In this document: piece after piece, positions 39,782-52,900 of the stretch | How the letters are laid out: each line of letters starts with the position of its first letter | Position numbering within the stretch: the stretch's first letter is position 1 | From: Balanoglossus misakiensis | Taxonomy: Eukaryota > Animalia > Hemichordata | Assembly: GCA_040954595.2 (NCBI GenBank) | Contig: CM082581.2 | Coordinates: 12,212,286 to 12,276,285, forward strand | Reading direction: 5' to 3' | Length of the DNA: 64,000 nucleotides | The notes under the pieces: generated by a model | Seen by the model: only the letters and a program-made list of their open reading frames with translations | Told to the model about the DNA's origin: nothing | The model's database searches: none | Program-made: the position numbers and the translations under genes

Positions 39782-40942
39782 TTCAAAATGAAAGCGAAGA
39801 ATTTCCATGACGGATTTCAATTCCCCTGCCAGTCTTGCTACAAAGCACAAATTCCCTTTGCAATTCATTACATGATTTGGACTTATACAAAAATGGTCTG
39901 GAATTTTTGGCAGAAATTAAATTAATGGTGCAAATGACCATTAGAATGCTGAACTCAAAAATAATCTATTTAAAAATTCTGTCTGAATGCAAAACAATTG
40001 AAATGTGTCATCCAGTCAAATGATCCAAATTAGACTACATACTCACACTGGTTCTAAAAGTTTCTATTGGGAGGCAAACAAAGCTGAAAACTCTTTTTAT
40101 ATATTTTTAAGTTACTTAAATATCTCAACACCCAGTAAAATGCAGTCCATTTCTTGTGCACATATCCTGTGCAACACTTGTGAAAGACAATGATATTTTA
40201 AAGAAATTTCCGAACTTGGTCCTTTCTTCTAAACTCATCAAGGTCAAAAGATGATTTAAGATGGCTGTATAGAATGAGGAAACACTTCATCAAGTACAAA
40301 TATTTGAATTTCCTGCCACTGTGCAAAATGCAGCAAGTTTTGCAAGGTCTGTGACACCCATAACAGAACGTCTGATTAGAAGAAACTTGGCGTGCCTGGC
40401 CCTCACCTAAATGCATCATGGGAAATGCAGCACCTACAATTCTTACAGAGCTCTATGCATGTACTCTATGAAACATCTATTGCTTTCGAAGTACACTGGT
40501 CTAATTATGGTTTCAGAAAAACACTGAAGGCTCTTTTTTACTGAATGTAAGCATTGCAATATAGTGGGAAAATTTAATACCTGATTTCAGCGTATCATTG
40601 ACAATTAGGAATGACGTATGTTCTCTTATCACCCTGGCAACTGTCTCCGTCCTCCAGGTATCCCAGGGTTTCATATTGTCATAACAGCCAATAGGGTTCA
40701 ACTTTATTTTCCAACTAAAATCCTTTTAGCAGATCACGAGAAGTCTTGAGATAGTCTATACCTCGGCAAGGCAATTTCTCAGACTTTGCCATGTATAAAT
40801 ACAAACTTTAATTTCAACGACAGAAAAAATATCAAATTTTAAATTATTCACCAGCTGACATAACAGACGTCTTTATAAAGACCTCGACACTTGAGATTGG
40901 ACCGAAAAATATATATATTGCTATCTGGAATTGAATTTTGTG

Positions 40943-43900
40943 CTATGAGGGCGCTTCTTTCTGCTCTTTCTTCTTCTCTCGCCGTTCGTCTTTGCCTTCC
41001 TTCAGTAATGTGGCAGCAGCTGCTTGGCATTGTTCCGGTAGCATGGATGGATCGTCTTCAAGGACATCTGTCTTCATGCTTAGCGTGGTCAGAGACGTCG
41101 TTACGGCTGAGTGGGTGAAAAGATGTACATCAGTGTTTTTTGTGACCGAGAAGAAAGACTCTGACTGCTCTTAGAAATGCCCCTAACCCCCACCCCTCCC
41201 CTGGACTACCACCACAATGCCCCCTCCCATCACCAAACCTTGCTCACCCTCTGAAAACCTTGAGAGAGAACACAAATTCTAGGAAACACAGCAATCAACT
41301 CACCAGATCTCATTTTGCTGAGTTTGCAATCCTTTTCTACCCAAGTCTCAATGATGTCATCAAACTGATCGTCTGTTGTCGTTTCTAGACGTTTCCGGTA
41401 CGTCTTGAAGATCTCACGGTGTATTAAACCAAACTGGTAACAGGAAGTCAAGGTAAGTATATTGCAATACAATTTCGAATACCCCTTTTTCAGCATTTTG
41501 ACCCTCCAAATACAAAACATACTGAATGAAGCAATTGTACTAAACTTGCAAAATAGTTTGATGGTTACACCAAAAACAGAACCAGCCAGCCAAAGTGCTT
41601 TTTGTCAAAAGGATACCATGTAGAATTTCCAATTTTTCTGTGCTTCTTCCTGTATATACCTATCAAGCATTTCTTGTAGCGCTTCATCGTTCGACTGGGT
41701 CCGTACTGGAACACCGCTGTCTGGAAGATTTTCCTGCACATCGCTGCAGAGAGACAAGAGTTTGAAAAATAATGAAGCAACAACATAAAGCACAAATGCA
41801 GTTTATTTATTTGGTCAACGTGTTCTAACTGACATGTAAGGGTAGGTGAATTGGCTCGTCACTCACCTTATTTCTACCTTGAGAGACTCAATTTCACTTT
41901 TCATTCTCTTGCTATCCTCCCGTTGCTTTTCAAGGTCTCTTTTCAACCTCTCGATGTGCTCAGTTGATTTCTGCAGCATTCCAGCCAAGCTGACCCGACT
42001 GTCGGTCTCTGGGTTGCTGAGTCCAACCAGGGAGGCCAGTTCTTCGAGACCACCCTGGATGTTGCTACGCCGTTTGATTTCCGACGTTCTGTGTTTCAAC
42101 CGACGTCTCTCAACCTGCAAATGGAGGGAGTGTCACATGACATCAGTCCAACTACTTGTCTTACCCTCTTTGAATACAGACTATTCCCATGGAGACAAAT
42201 GCCACTTACCCTCTCATTTTCATCCAGTGAGGTTTTCTTGTGCCTCTTTGCCTTGGGCTGCGTAAACTGAAAATATTCATACAATAAACACATGTAATAC
42301 CATTAGAAGTCCATATTAGTCATAGTGAAGAACAGATGATAGATTAGCCAAGCCAAACTGATATTGACATTTTCCCAATCAATAAAATAACAATTTGAAG
42401 AACCAAACGCTCTAAAAGAAGAAATCTTTATACTCTTTACCTCCAGGCCTTGGCCATCTTGATAACTTCCAGGAGATGAAGCAGCACCTGAACCACGGAG
42501 AAAAGAAACCAAAACCAGTCAACTCTTTTCTCATAGACGAACGGAAAAATAACACATCAATATGGAATCTTTCAGTGAAGAAAAAAAATCAGAAATCTCA
42601 ATTTTGTGAAAGTCACGTCTGCGAGAGAACAGACATGACATAATGAACACAAGCGGATTTTTTTTCTCGGAAGCAAATTTTCAACCAGAAAGATTCCAGA
42701 AAGATGTGTTGTGCTGAAAATTGAAGTATTGTTATGAATCATTGAAAAGAAATTGTTAAAATCACTGAAGAGAGGTTTACACTGAACTACGTAGGAAATA
42801 ATGAGACTTTAATATAACAAGTCGCGTGGAACGATGCTGACACTTGAAATACAAAGTTTGTGTTAAGTAAATCATGATGAGCATAAAACTAAAAGAAGAA
42901 ATGTGTCAATCTTGCAATGTAGCAAAAAAAGATCACACACAATAAAGTGGTTCTCCGTGTCTACCAACACACAGACAAACCGTATACTTGCCACCCAGGA
43001 AGCATTTTGTTAAACGTGAGATTTATTTGAAAAGTTTCAATGTTTTGTTTTATCGCCTGGCAACAGACTCTCATTGGGGTCAAGAAGAGGTCGTGGAGGA
43101 CAGATAGATAACATGGGCCTCTGTGGAAAACGCTGGTTTCCCATACTCACTAGATGCGTTGGATGCTTGTCCCGATGCTGAGCCTGGGACACACGTTGCC
43201 ATCGTGTCTCGCTCCCTGACTGACTGAGCACTAAGCTTCCTGTGACCTTTGGCCTCCGACTAGTGATGGGATATGATAAATTTTAGAGAGAAACATTGCA
43301 GTATCATGTCTGCGTGAAATCTTCGTTTTTTTAACTCAAGTTTAAAAGAGAAATCACTGACAACAAACTTACCTGTGGCGCAAGAGCTGAAAAAGAGAAC
43401 TTGTTTTACATTTTTAAAGTTTGCTCATCCACACATAACTATCGATACTACAAGCATATAACAAAATGTTTCTCATTATTTTAACACTTAACCTTCTCTC
43501 ATATTCAAGAATGCATTTGTTTGTCCGAACGACGTCAAAATTCGCCATGTCGACACAGATGATGCTATTTCACCTACCTTGATGTATTGTGAACTTATAT
43601 GGTCCTGCTTTTGCCCGGTTGGGAATTTAAATGGCATTTCAGCAATTGGACTGGTGGTTTTAGACGATGGATGTGACCGTGACCTGTCCACTGACCTGCC
43701 TACTGAAAACGTGGTAGGGGAAGATATTTTACGGTAGTAATAAAGAGTCAACAAATGTTGAGTGTTAGCGTCATGAAATATGGGATTATAGAGAGGCAAG
43801 TATAACCATGAATATTAATACAATTACTATATTTCCCCCTTAAGAGTTTTACTTAGCTGGTTGACTTGCCATGGTCAGCTGCCATTTTTATACTTTCACT

Positions 43901-46900
43901 TTACACAATAGACTTTGTGAACGGTTTGCCCTCTGACAAACAGGAATTGTGGGAACTTCAAGCTACTTGGAGAATTAGCTGAAACTTGTTGTGTTAGCAC
44001 AAGGTCGACACATTAGGATTATTTGTGAAATACAGAAAAATAATCATGGAGAAGTTGGCGACAAACCGAGCTGGCTTAAAAGGGCACATTGGTTGAAATT
44101 TTCAAACAATCAAAACTCAAACCTTTCTGACGTGGGCTTTGCAAGGCAAATGCGTCAACACTAGGGCTCTCCGGTGTTGTCCTGCCATAACTGCTGGGGC
44201 TGGAGTTGGCCGAAGTTTCCATGGATCCGTGCTGGAACTGGTGGTGCTCCATTCCGGAATTGCCGTGCCTGTGCTGGCCGTGTCCGTTGCCGGAAGCAAC
44301 TTGCATCGGCTCCACATACGGTGGAGGTGTGATCTGGCCCGGATCCATTCCGGAGCCCAGGCCTAATTGTTCTAAGCTTGCACTGGGTGGCAGCTGCGAA
44401 TGGTCTATGCTGGATCTCCGGGATAAATGTGGTGAAGGAGCGGGAGAACTTTGTGCCGTGTTGTACGGAGAGCTCTGGTTGGTATTATACGGAGAGCTCT
44501 GCGTCGTGTTGTAGGGCGAACTGTGGGAAGTGTTGTACGGAGATGCAGCATACGGACTGGTTGGCGTACCGAAGGCAGAGTTCTGCCGTGAAAAGTTCAG
44601 GTGGCCACCAGGTGATGGGCTCAGGCCGGGACTTGCACTGGCGCTGTGATGATTGTGGTTTTTGTGTTGTTTGTGGGACTGTTGATGATGATGATGCTGC
44701 TGCTGTTGTTGTTGTTGCAGTGAGGCTTGTGGCATCTGTTGCTGCTGCTGCATCATGTGCTGCTGCGCTTGGAACGGCTGGTATTGCTGTTGTGGCGACA
44801 TGACAGGCTGCTGCGTCAGCTGCTCCTGCTCTTGCAGTTTCAAAAACTTGCTAACGGCTTTGGTGAGTTCAGCTTGCTGAGTTGGTTCGTTGGTCAGCGA
44901 CTGGTGTCGTGAATGGGGCCTGGAACTGCTGCGTGATGACGCAGGCGTGGTGTGGTGCGACGACACTGCCGAGTGATTATAGGAATGACTCGAGGAGTTT
45001 GCAACAGTGTCCACAGCATTGGACTGCTCAGGAATGGGGGAAACCACCCACTGCATGGGGAAGTCCAGCTGCTGGCCCTGCGAGGTGACCAACGTCACAA
45101 TGTTGTTGTCCGGCATTGCCGTCGAAACCATGGTGACCAGACTCTGCTGCTGTATCTGTGTTGAGGCGGTTACCATGGTCAGGCTATCAGACGGCTGTCC
45201 CACTTGTGTAGTCACCATGGGCTCGTCTAGAACCATGGAAAACTGCGTGTCACTCTCCTGTGACCTAGCCGAGAACATCAACGGCTTATTGTCTTCGTCC
45301 TCCTCCTCCATTAATTCCTGATTCAAGGGAAACTTCAAGTCCAAAGACGGCTGACCTTGACCTTGGAGCTGGCTGTCGTCACGGTAATTGGCAAAGAGAG
45401 ACTGTGCATACCGTTGATGATTCGACTGTCGCTGTTGCTGTACAGCTGCAATGTCCTGAAAGCCAGCCTGTGTCACGGGTATGTCCATGGCACCGTCTAA
45501 GCGAACTGTTGCACCGTCAGCCATCTGCATTGGGGAATCTCTGCCACCCTGTTGAAAATGGGACAAAGTTTGACTTCAGAAGTACGAGTCAGCTACAAGT
45601 TCTGTCCAAAATAGGCAATCATTCGTCCGTTTTTGGATTCTCACTTCTCGCACAAACCAATAGACAGTGCTTCCAGTTAAAAGGAGGTAAAATCACCGCA
45701 AATCATTATATGGGGGACCCTACTACTAGTACTAGCTTCAATTTTTTTTTCTGCGATACACGTTCACTACAGGTTCTGTAGAGTGATGCAGTACCATAGG
45801 AATTACCCCTTGACCATTTTCCATCCACTTGCGATTGTTTGGGGTAGAGATACGTGTTAGAGTAAATGCTCAATTAGAAACATCTGAGGTAACTGTCCTA
45901 GAACACCCTATTTATACCTGTGAACTGAGAAGTCCCTGCACTGATGAAGTGTGATGCACCAGGGGTTGGTCATTCTGCCTCTGCAACAAAGGATCTGGGA
46001 GGCCGGCCGAGAAGAGGAAGCTGCCACTGGGAGGACTTCTGCTGTTACTCAGCATGTCTACAAAAATCAAACCAAGTGGCGAGAAAAATTGAACAGGACT
46101 TGCATGGATCTGCATGTGTGTACACACCGGCATGCATATATGCACTTAGTACATGCACACAAACACACAAATCACTCCAAAGTTTTTCTACTCAGAGCAA
46201 GCCTTTCCAGAGGAATATGCTGAAGACTACAACAATAATAATAAGAAACCAACACTATAATTCTCCCTAGCCATATGGTATATGGCTAATGGGAGCATAT
46301 TAATAAATTATAGCATAATTAATAATATTTACTAGCTTATTTAGAAAGTCGTTAACAACACAAAAAGAAACATCACACATGTAAATCATCACAATGGCTG
46401 AGGGCTGTATTTCAGATGTCAGTAGCATTAGACATGGAAATATAGCCAGGTGTGCAGAGTGCACACATGCAGATCAGTGGCAGCTGGTTGGCTTGGCTCT
46501 AGCATCTCTACAGAAGCTAGGACAAAGAGAGAAGTCTTACCACAATAAAGTCCTGGTACAACACCTACCAAGGACAATGGAAAAGAAGAGAGAGAGGAGA
46601 AAGTTGGGCTTAGATAACACCAGTTTTCAGGTTATGCCAATATGGGTTTGTTAATGTAGAACATCTCATTGTTGGTTGGTTGATTGATCAGTTGATGAAT
46701 CAATCGACCAATCAATCAATCAATCAATCAATCAACTGACTGTTTAATTGACTGACTGAAATTGTACCTTGTAGGGTGTCCAATGTTTCCATGAAATCAA
46801 AATCTGGTTGCAGCTGCATCAGGCCCGGTTGTATAACATCCGCATTTTGAGTCTTCTTGGCTGAAAAAAAAAAGATGGAAAATTAGCATATTTGACAAGA

Positions 46901-49900
46901 AACACTACAGCCAATGAGATGGCTGGATTCAGACAAAGAATATAATATTGTCACGTAGCTAGTTACATTTCACCAAATTCCTGTAATGCATACACCCAGT
47001 TCACCTTGTAGGATTCATGTTAGATGTTCCCTTACCTATCTCTCTGGCCTTGGGAAATTCAAAGTGCTCCTTTTTCAAACTTGAGAATAGGGTATCCTCA
47101 AAGTCCCTCCTTGGCAGTGGAAGATCGTCACAGGACAGATGACTGGCCCGGCAGGGGGACGGTGGGGGGTGAGGGGTGTTCTTGTCCACATCTTCCAGCT
47201 GTGACTGCCAGGTGTGGAACCTAAAAATGCTCTCTCCCTGTAAGATACAAATTTGTACGGTCAAATGTTAGTGCGCTGTTGTGTTGTGTGTGTAGCGCCA
47301 TGTCTCTGGTAGTTTTCAAATCATGCAACACTGGAGTGGCAAAGACTCTCTCACAGAAGAACCCTGTTTGTTGGACACACAGATGCTTCCCCTGACAGTG
47401 TTTTTATTCAGGGTGGTACCCAGGTAAATGTTACTGAGGTTCCCCAGTCATTTCAGAGGGTTCCTCTTGGTCAGCAGAAGTTCCCAAATTTTTAACTAAT
47501 GTTCCCTAGGCCCAGCCTACCTAACCAGGGCAAGCTGGGTATTACGTAGTTTTGCATGTAACGCCCCAAAAGATACTTAATGAAGTTAATCAGAAAAGAT
47601 GCATCATTACATTACGACATGCCTGTGAATTGACAATTATCTGTTACAGCTGCACAGGTATATTGAGGTTTAGTTAAGAAAATCTCCATGGAACAGTTGG
47701 TCATGCATGACTACTCTTCAAAAACAGCTGATATCTACTTTTCATGTCATACCATTTTAATCTGGACTGACAACCGCCACAGAATTCTGCAACAGCTGTA
47801 AATGCCCAACCTACCTTTGCCGCATACAGTCGCCATTTTCTGTATTCATTAACAGTCGTTTCAAGTTTCTGTTTCCAAAACTTCCCATCCAAAATATCTG
47901 GTTGCTGTAAGAATCGGGCAGAAAGGAGAAAAATTCAGTGATGGAATCTAGATCAGCAATATTGTTAAATTATTTGCCTTTTTGATATTTTATCAAGTCA
48001 TTTATTTCTAATTTTGATGCTGCAGTTCATCATGATGGGCAAAACGTGTCAGTATGGCACAGAGAACATCTGTCCAAAACATGTACTGAGTAATAAGTCT
48101 GGAAAGGTCATACACACAGAGGTCAGATAGATGCAACACAGAAAGCATCTGTCATTTACCACCTACATGTATGCAATCACTGATAACAGCCATGAAAGGT
48201 GAAGGACGAGATAAACTTGACCAGAAATTGTACCCCGGCCAACAAAATACCCACCGTAACAAATATTTTGTGAGTCAGGCAGATGATTCCCAAATGAAAT
48301 GCATTTTATGAACATTTACATGTCTACGACCAAAACAGAAACTATGGAACAGGACAAATATGACCTATGACCAATTCCCACTTCTACAGACATAAACATA
48401 TTTTTGCTCATCAAATCAATTCCCCACCCGTCAACTGAAGCAGGAAAACCAACACATTTAAAACTTGCCGAGCAACTGTTTTGTTGTGTAAACACCATAA
48501 AGAGACATGTGGATTTTTTCGTCAATTGTTGAAATGTGAAAAATTCTGGCTGTTATCAGTAATCGATTTAGGCATTTTAATCATGTACATGTATTTCTAG
48601 TATATGGGATGGGTAATATCAAGAAACAGAATGAAGATATTTTAATCTTTAATTAGTACATAACTTCCCCATCCTATGTTACATTACAAATGATTGGATG
48701 AAATACTGATCATGTCAATTTCTGTTTTGTATTCAGTATTAGTCCTAGTCCCTCTTGAGACATTTTATCTCCACCTTTGTGTTTAAATTTGTCATTTTAC
48801 TGTCCTCTGTATGCTTTGACACACAAGTCAGCAAGTCAGCAATTTACAACAAAAATATCCACTAAAATTAATATCTATGAACAAGTATCTGTAGGCAACA
48901 TCTCTTTGGGTGAAAGGTCACCCATCCACTCTGGGTTATACCATTTCAAATGTGGGGGGGGGGGGGGGGGGGGCTGACTCGAGCGAAGTATACACAGGTT
49001 ATCACTGATCTTTGCTTTGCACTGCCCACAGTATTCAAACACTTACCCATGATGGTCTTGTAGAATGTTCAGTTGTAAGAGGCTCCACAAACGTGCCAAT
49101 GATGGGAATTTTGTCTTGGACATCTGCAAACACAATCAATATCCAATAAATGTACAGTAATATAAACATCATACTTTGGACATCCTGTTATCAAGCAGGC
49201 AAATCATCTTTTATCAATATATAATATAAGAAATGAAGTAGGTGACAACTGAAACAAGTTGGAAAGGTTTACTCAATGTGGCAGTCAGTCCAAATAATTT
49301 GTTGAATAGTCAATACAGCCAAGCTTTATTACACAGGCACCAACAGTGGAGTTCTCCTGGCAATAGCCCTTTGCGTTTCAATCATGAATTTTCTCACAAA
49401 GCTAACAGCCAGACAACTGAAGGTTTGGCTGTAGGTTCATGAATTAGTATCCCCCCTTTTTTTTCTTTCAAGGCTGCACTGTTAATCTTGTGGAAACATA
49501 CACCAAACTATAAAAGTTTGCGATAATGCAGAGATCTGTTGTAAGACAAGTTGCTGTAGTAACCAAACATCCGATTGCTTTGTCTGGTGATCATTGTGTA
49601 GGTTCAAAGTTCAAACTCAACACACACATATGCTTTGCTCATAGGAGAATATATTGATATGCACATGCAGAGGATGTAGCATTTCAGTACTAACAACGAC
49701 ACTTAGAAGAGATCATATCGTCATCTCTCTATAAATAGCTGAGTGATCTCAGCTGCTGGTTTGACATGAGTATGTACTTCAGAAGATTGTCGACAGTCTC
49801 TGGTGCCTTTTTGTTTGCTGGAGATAATGTCTGACACAGCCAGGCTAGCCTGCATAGCATGCATAGCACCAAATGTTGTTGGTGCACGGGTGAAATACAC

Positions 49901-52900
49901 TTGCTTGTTCAATTGCTCGATCTTTGCCACAAGATTGTTGGGATAAAAGCCAAAACTCTGTAGGAGGTCAGCAAATCTAGTACATTTGTAATTCACTTTT
50001 CCTCTTTCATGATTATGGAAAACAGACATGAAATACAATCCGTAATTTCCCTTGATTTCTTTTCTGTTCATCTGATTTCATACAATGACACAACATGATC
50101 CCGATTTCGATGAACTTTTCTTCATGTGGGGCATCTTCTCAGATGACGTCAAGTTTTATCCACCATGGCATCAACAGGAATTTCTCAAAGAATTGGCACA
50201 CCGTTCTAGGCCTGTACTTGACACTGAAAATGACCTTGGCCATCAAAGTACATGGAACTGTAAACTTGCATATTTATTCAAGCCATAGATACAGGGCTGG
50301 ACAGCACAGAAGTACTGTTGTGAGCGTATCAATTTCTCAAAAAGGTAAACTGTGGACAGATCAATCATCTTCCTGAGTCATAAAACCTTCCAGTAGGAGA
50401 ATTCTTCCACACTCAGATACGCACCAAATGTAATTGTTCAATATCCACAATGTATGATGTTGACTGGCCCCATTTTCTTTGCAGTACACAGATGCAGACT
50501 TGCTTTGTCAAATACAAAGAATATTGTGTAACACCTGGATGGACTAACAATGCACACCTACAAATGCAAAGCTCAAAGTTGACTGAAAATGCCACCATAC
50601 ATTGTTTCCTAGGTGTCCCTGTCAGCCAGAAGATGAACAACATATGTTATTTCCTGCTGCATATTTTTTCGACTGGCTGGTTTGGGAGGTTTTGCAAATT
50701 CAATCTAGAGCGTGCAATCGCTAATGCCACAGAAGATTGATGAGGGCATCCAAAATACCAAATGTTGAAAAAAACCCAAGCTGATCCAAATTGTGATAAC
50801 ACAACACAGGTGCCACAGCACAGCACCACACAACATGTCAGCTGTATTTGCAAGTTAGGGCCACAAGATAGAGAAAAAGTCATTTCTGGTATAAGTGCAT
50901 CTCCATGCGTTTATAAGGTCGTGTGCTACAAGTTCTGTATCTACGTCCACATTTAACACCCACGATCTGAAAGAGCACCACTGAACATTAATTCTTGATA
51001 TTTGACTGGTCTGTCACTGCTTTGAACTTTGGACCCGGCATCAGCGCCACATCCGTGAAGCGCCAAGCTAAAAGCGTCTGGTCTGAGAGTACATAGTCCT
51101 GTGCACGCCCATTTACAGAACAGGAACAAAGGTTTCGTAGTAGTTTAAATTCCAGATAAGAAGTAAACAAAACATGATCAGCATTGTAACCACTCACTGG
51201 CCAAAGTAACGAACCACTACATGTACATAGACAGGTTCCTTCTTCCATTTTCATTTGTGGCCTGAACTTGCAGCTCAAACACCTTGCAAGACAATTAGAC
51301 TGTCCTTAGAAGAAAAAAAAAGCTAACTAGCATTTTTAAGTATGACTGGCACATTCATCAAACCACTCACTGGAAATCCCCCTACAATGAATCGACTTTC
51401 ACTTCCTTCAAATTATCACTGGTTTACACACAACTGTGCTGATTGTGTTGTTGATTCCTGAATTTCCTGGAAAATCAATCCCCGTAACTAGGAATATCAC
51501 ATAGACGCCATTATGTATCTTGACAGCATAATACAGATTATGTGGCAAGACTAAGACATAATCAAACTCCATGGTACGCTGTGTGTAAGTTCATCAAATT
51601 GGCACGGCTCCCATGAAAAGCCACTACAGATGAAAAATTATGACAACCATAAAAAAAAAACCAGACTGTCACTCTACTGATATAAAAACCAGACATATTG
51701 AGAGGCAAATCACCTGATGTGCTTGTACACAAAAAATCATGGCTTCTAATCCAATGAATTAAATGTCTCAGTAACAGTATGCGGTTTTTATGTAACAGTA
51801 CATGAGTGTGAATAATTACAAAACAACTGTTTTGTTTTGCCTATGTTTAATTCTTCCACTTGCACCAGAGTAGAGACATTATCACACAAATCTAGCAATT
51901 CCTTGACAGTTATTGATTCGAAACTGCTGAAAAGATCGTTGAAACCACTTTGCGTGTGCGTGATCACTGAAATTGATTCACACATCCCAGCTGGGCCCAC
52001 AGAAAATTTATGTAGCATGTACATTTACAGGTCAACCACATACAGTGTTGATCAATTTATATCATATTTTAACATTTGTCAGGTTTGCAAATGTACATTA
52101 ATTATGGGGCAAAGTCAATCAAGTTTTGAGATTATTTTGGTTGCTTTGTTAGCTTATTGACGATGTTGCGATCATTGAAATATCCTCAACGACAAGTTGT
52201 CACAATGCAACTAGTATTACACAACACACTTATCTACAATTTGAATACTGCATTTCTATTTATTGCAGTGGACTCTGGATCACCTGTTTTTAATTAAATG
52301 GATTTTCCTATACAGTGTAATATCCAGGGGTGTGGAAATGTCTGTTGAGGCTGATAAAAAATGGTGGCTTTTTGAATATATGATGGTTGACTGGAAGACC
52401 AGCTGTTGGCTAATTTCTTCATCTTTGCAATCTGCTTGACTACTTCCTTCATGGGACAATCAGCAAAAACAACCCATAAACAAATCGCCTCAAATGACAC
52501 AATTCGGTAGCCTCTGAACTGCCCTTACATGTATTTGGCATCATGGATTTACAATTTTCCCCCAGTCAATGAAATAAATTAAAGTGCTTATAATAGAATG
52601 TTTGCTGGTAACATTTGATGGAACTGCGGGTAAAACCATTTAATCACCAGTTTTCAATTATACAAGAGGGTCCATCTACATGTACAGCAAAATAGGATCT
52701 CGAGGAAGGAATAGATATTTGGACACATTCAGAAGCTTGCTCCTGACACGCACAGGCCTGAAAACACATGTCAATATGCCCATTCTGTTCAATGACACAT
52801 TTTGGCCTTTGCTCGGATTTACATGGTGAATTAGTTGAATTTTTTCCCGGTCAAACTTTGTATGACACTGCATTAAAAAAAAAAATTACTTGCGTCACAG

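Noticed and set aside
43373-43386. 14-bp micro-exon in Mondo with good splice sites
   Set aside because: Inclusion shifts the frame and is incompatible with the phase of the 42487-42441 exon; it could only be a non-productive isoform.
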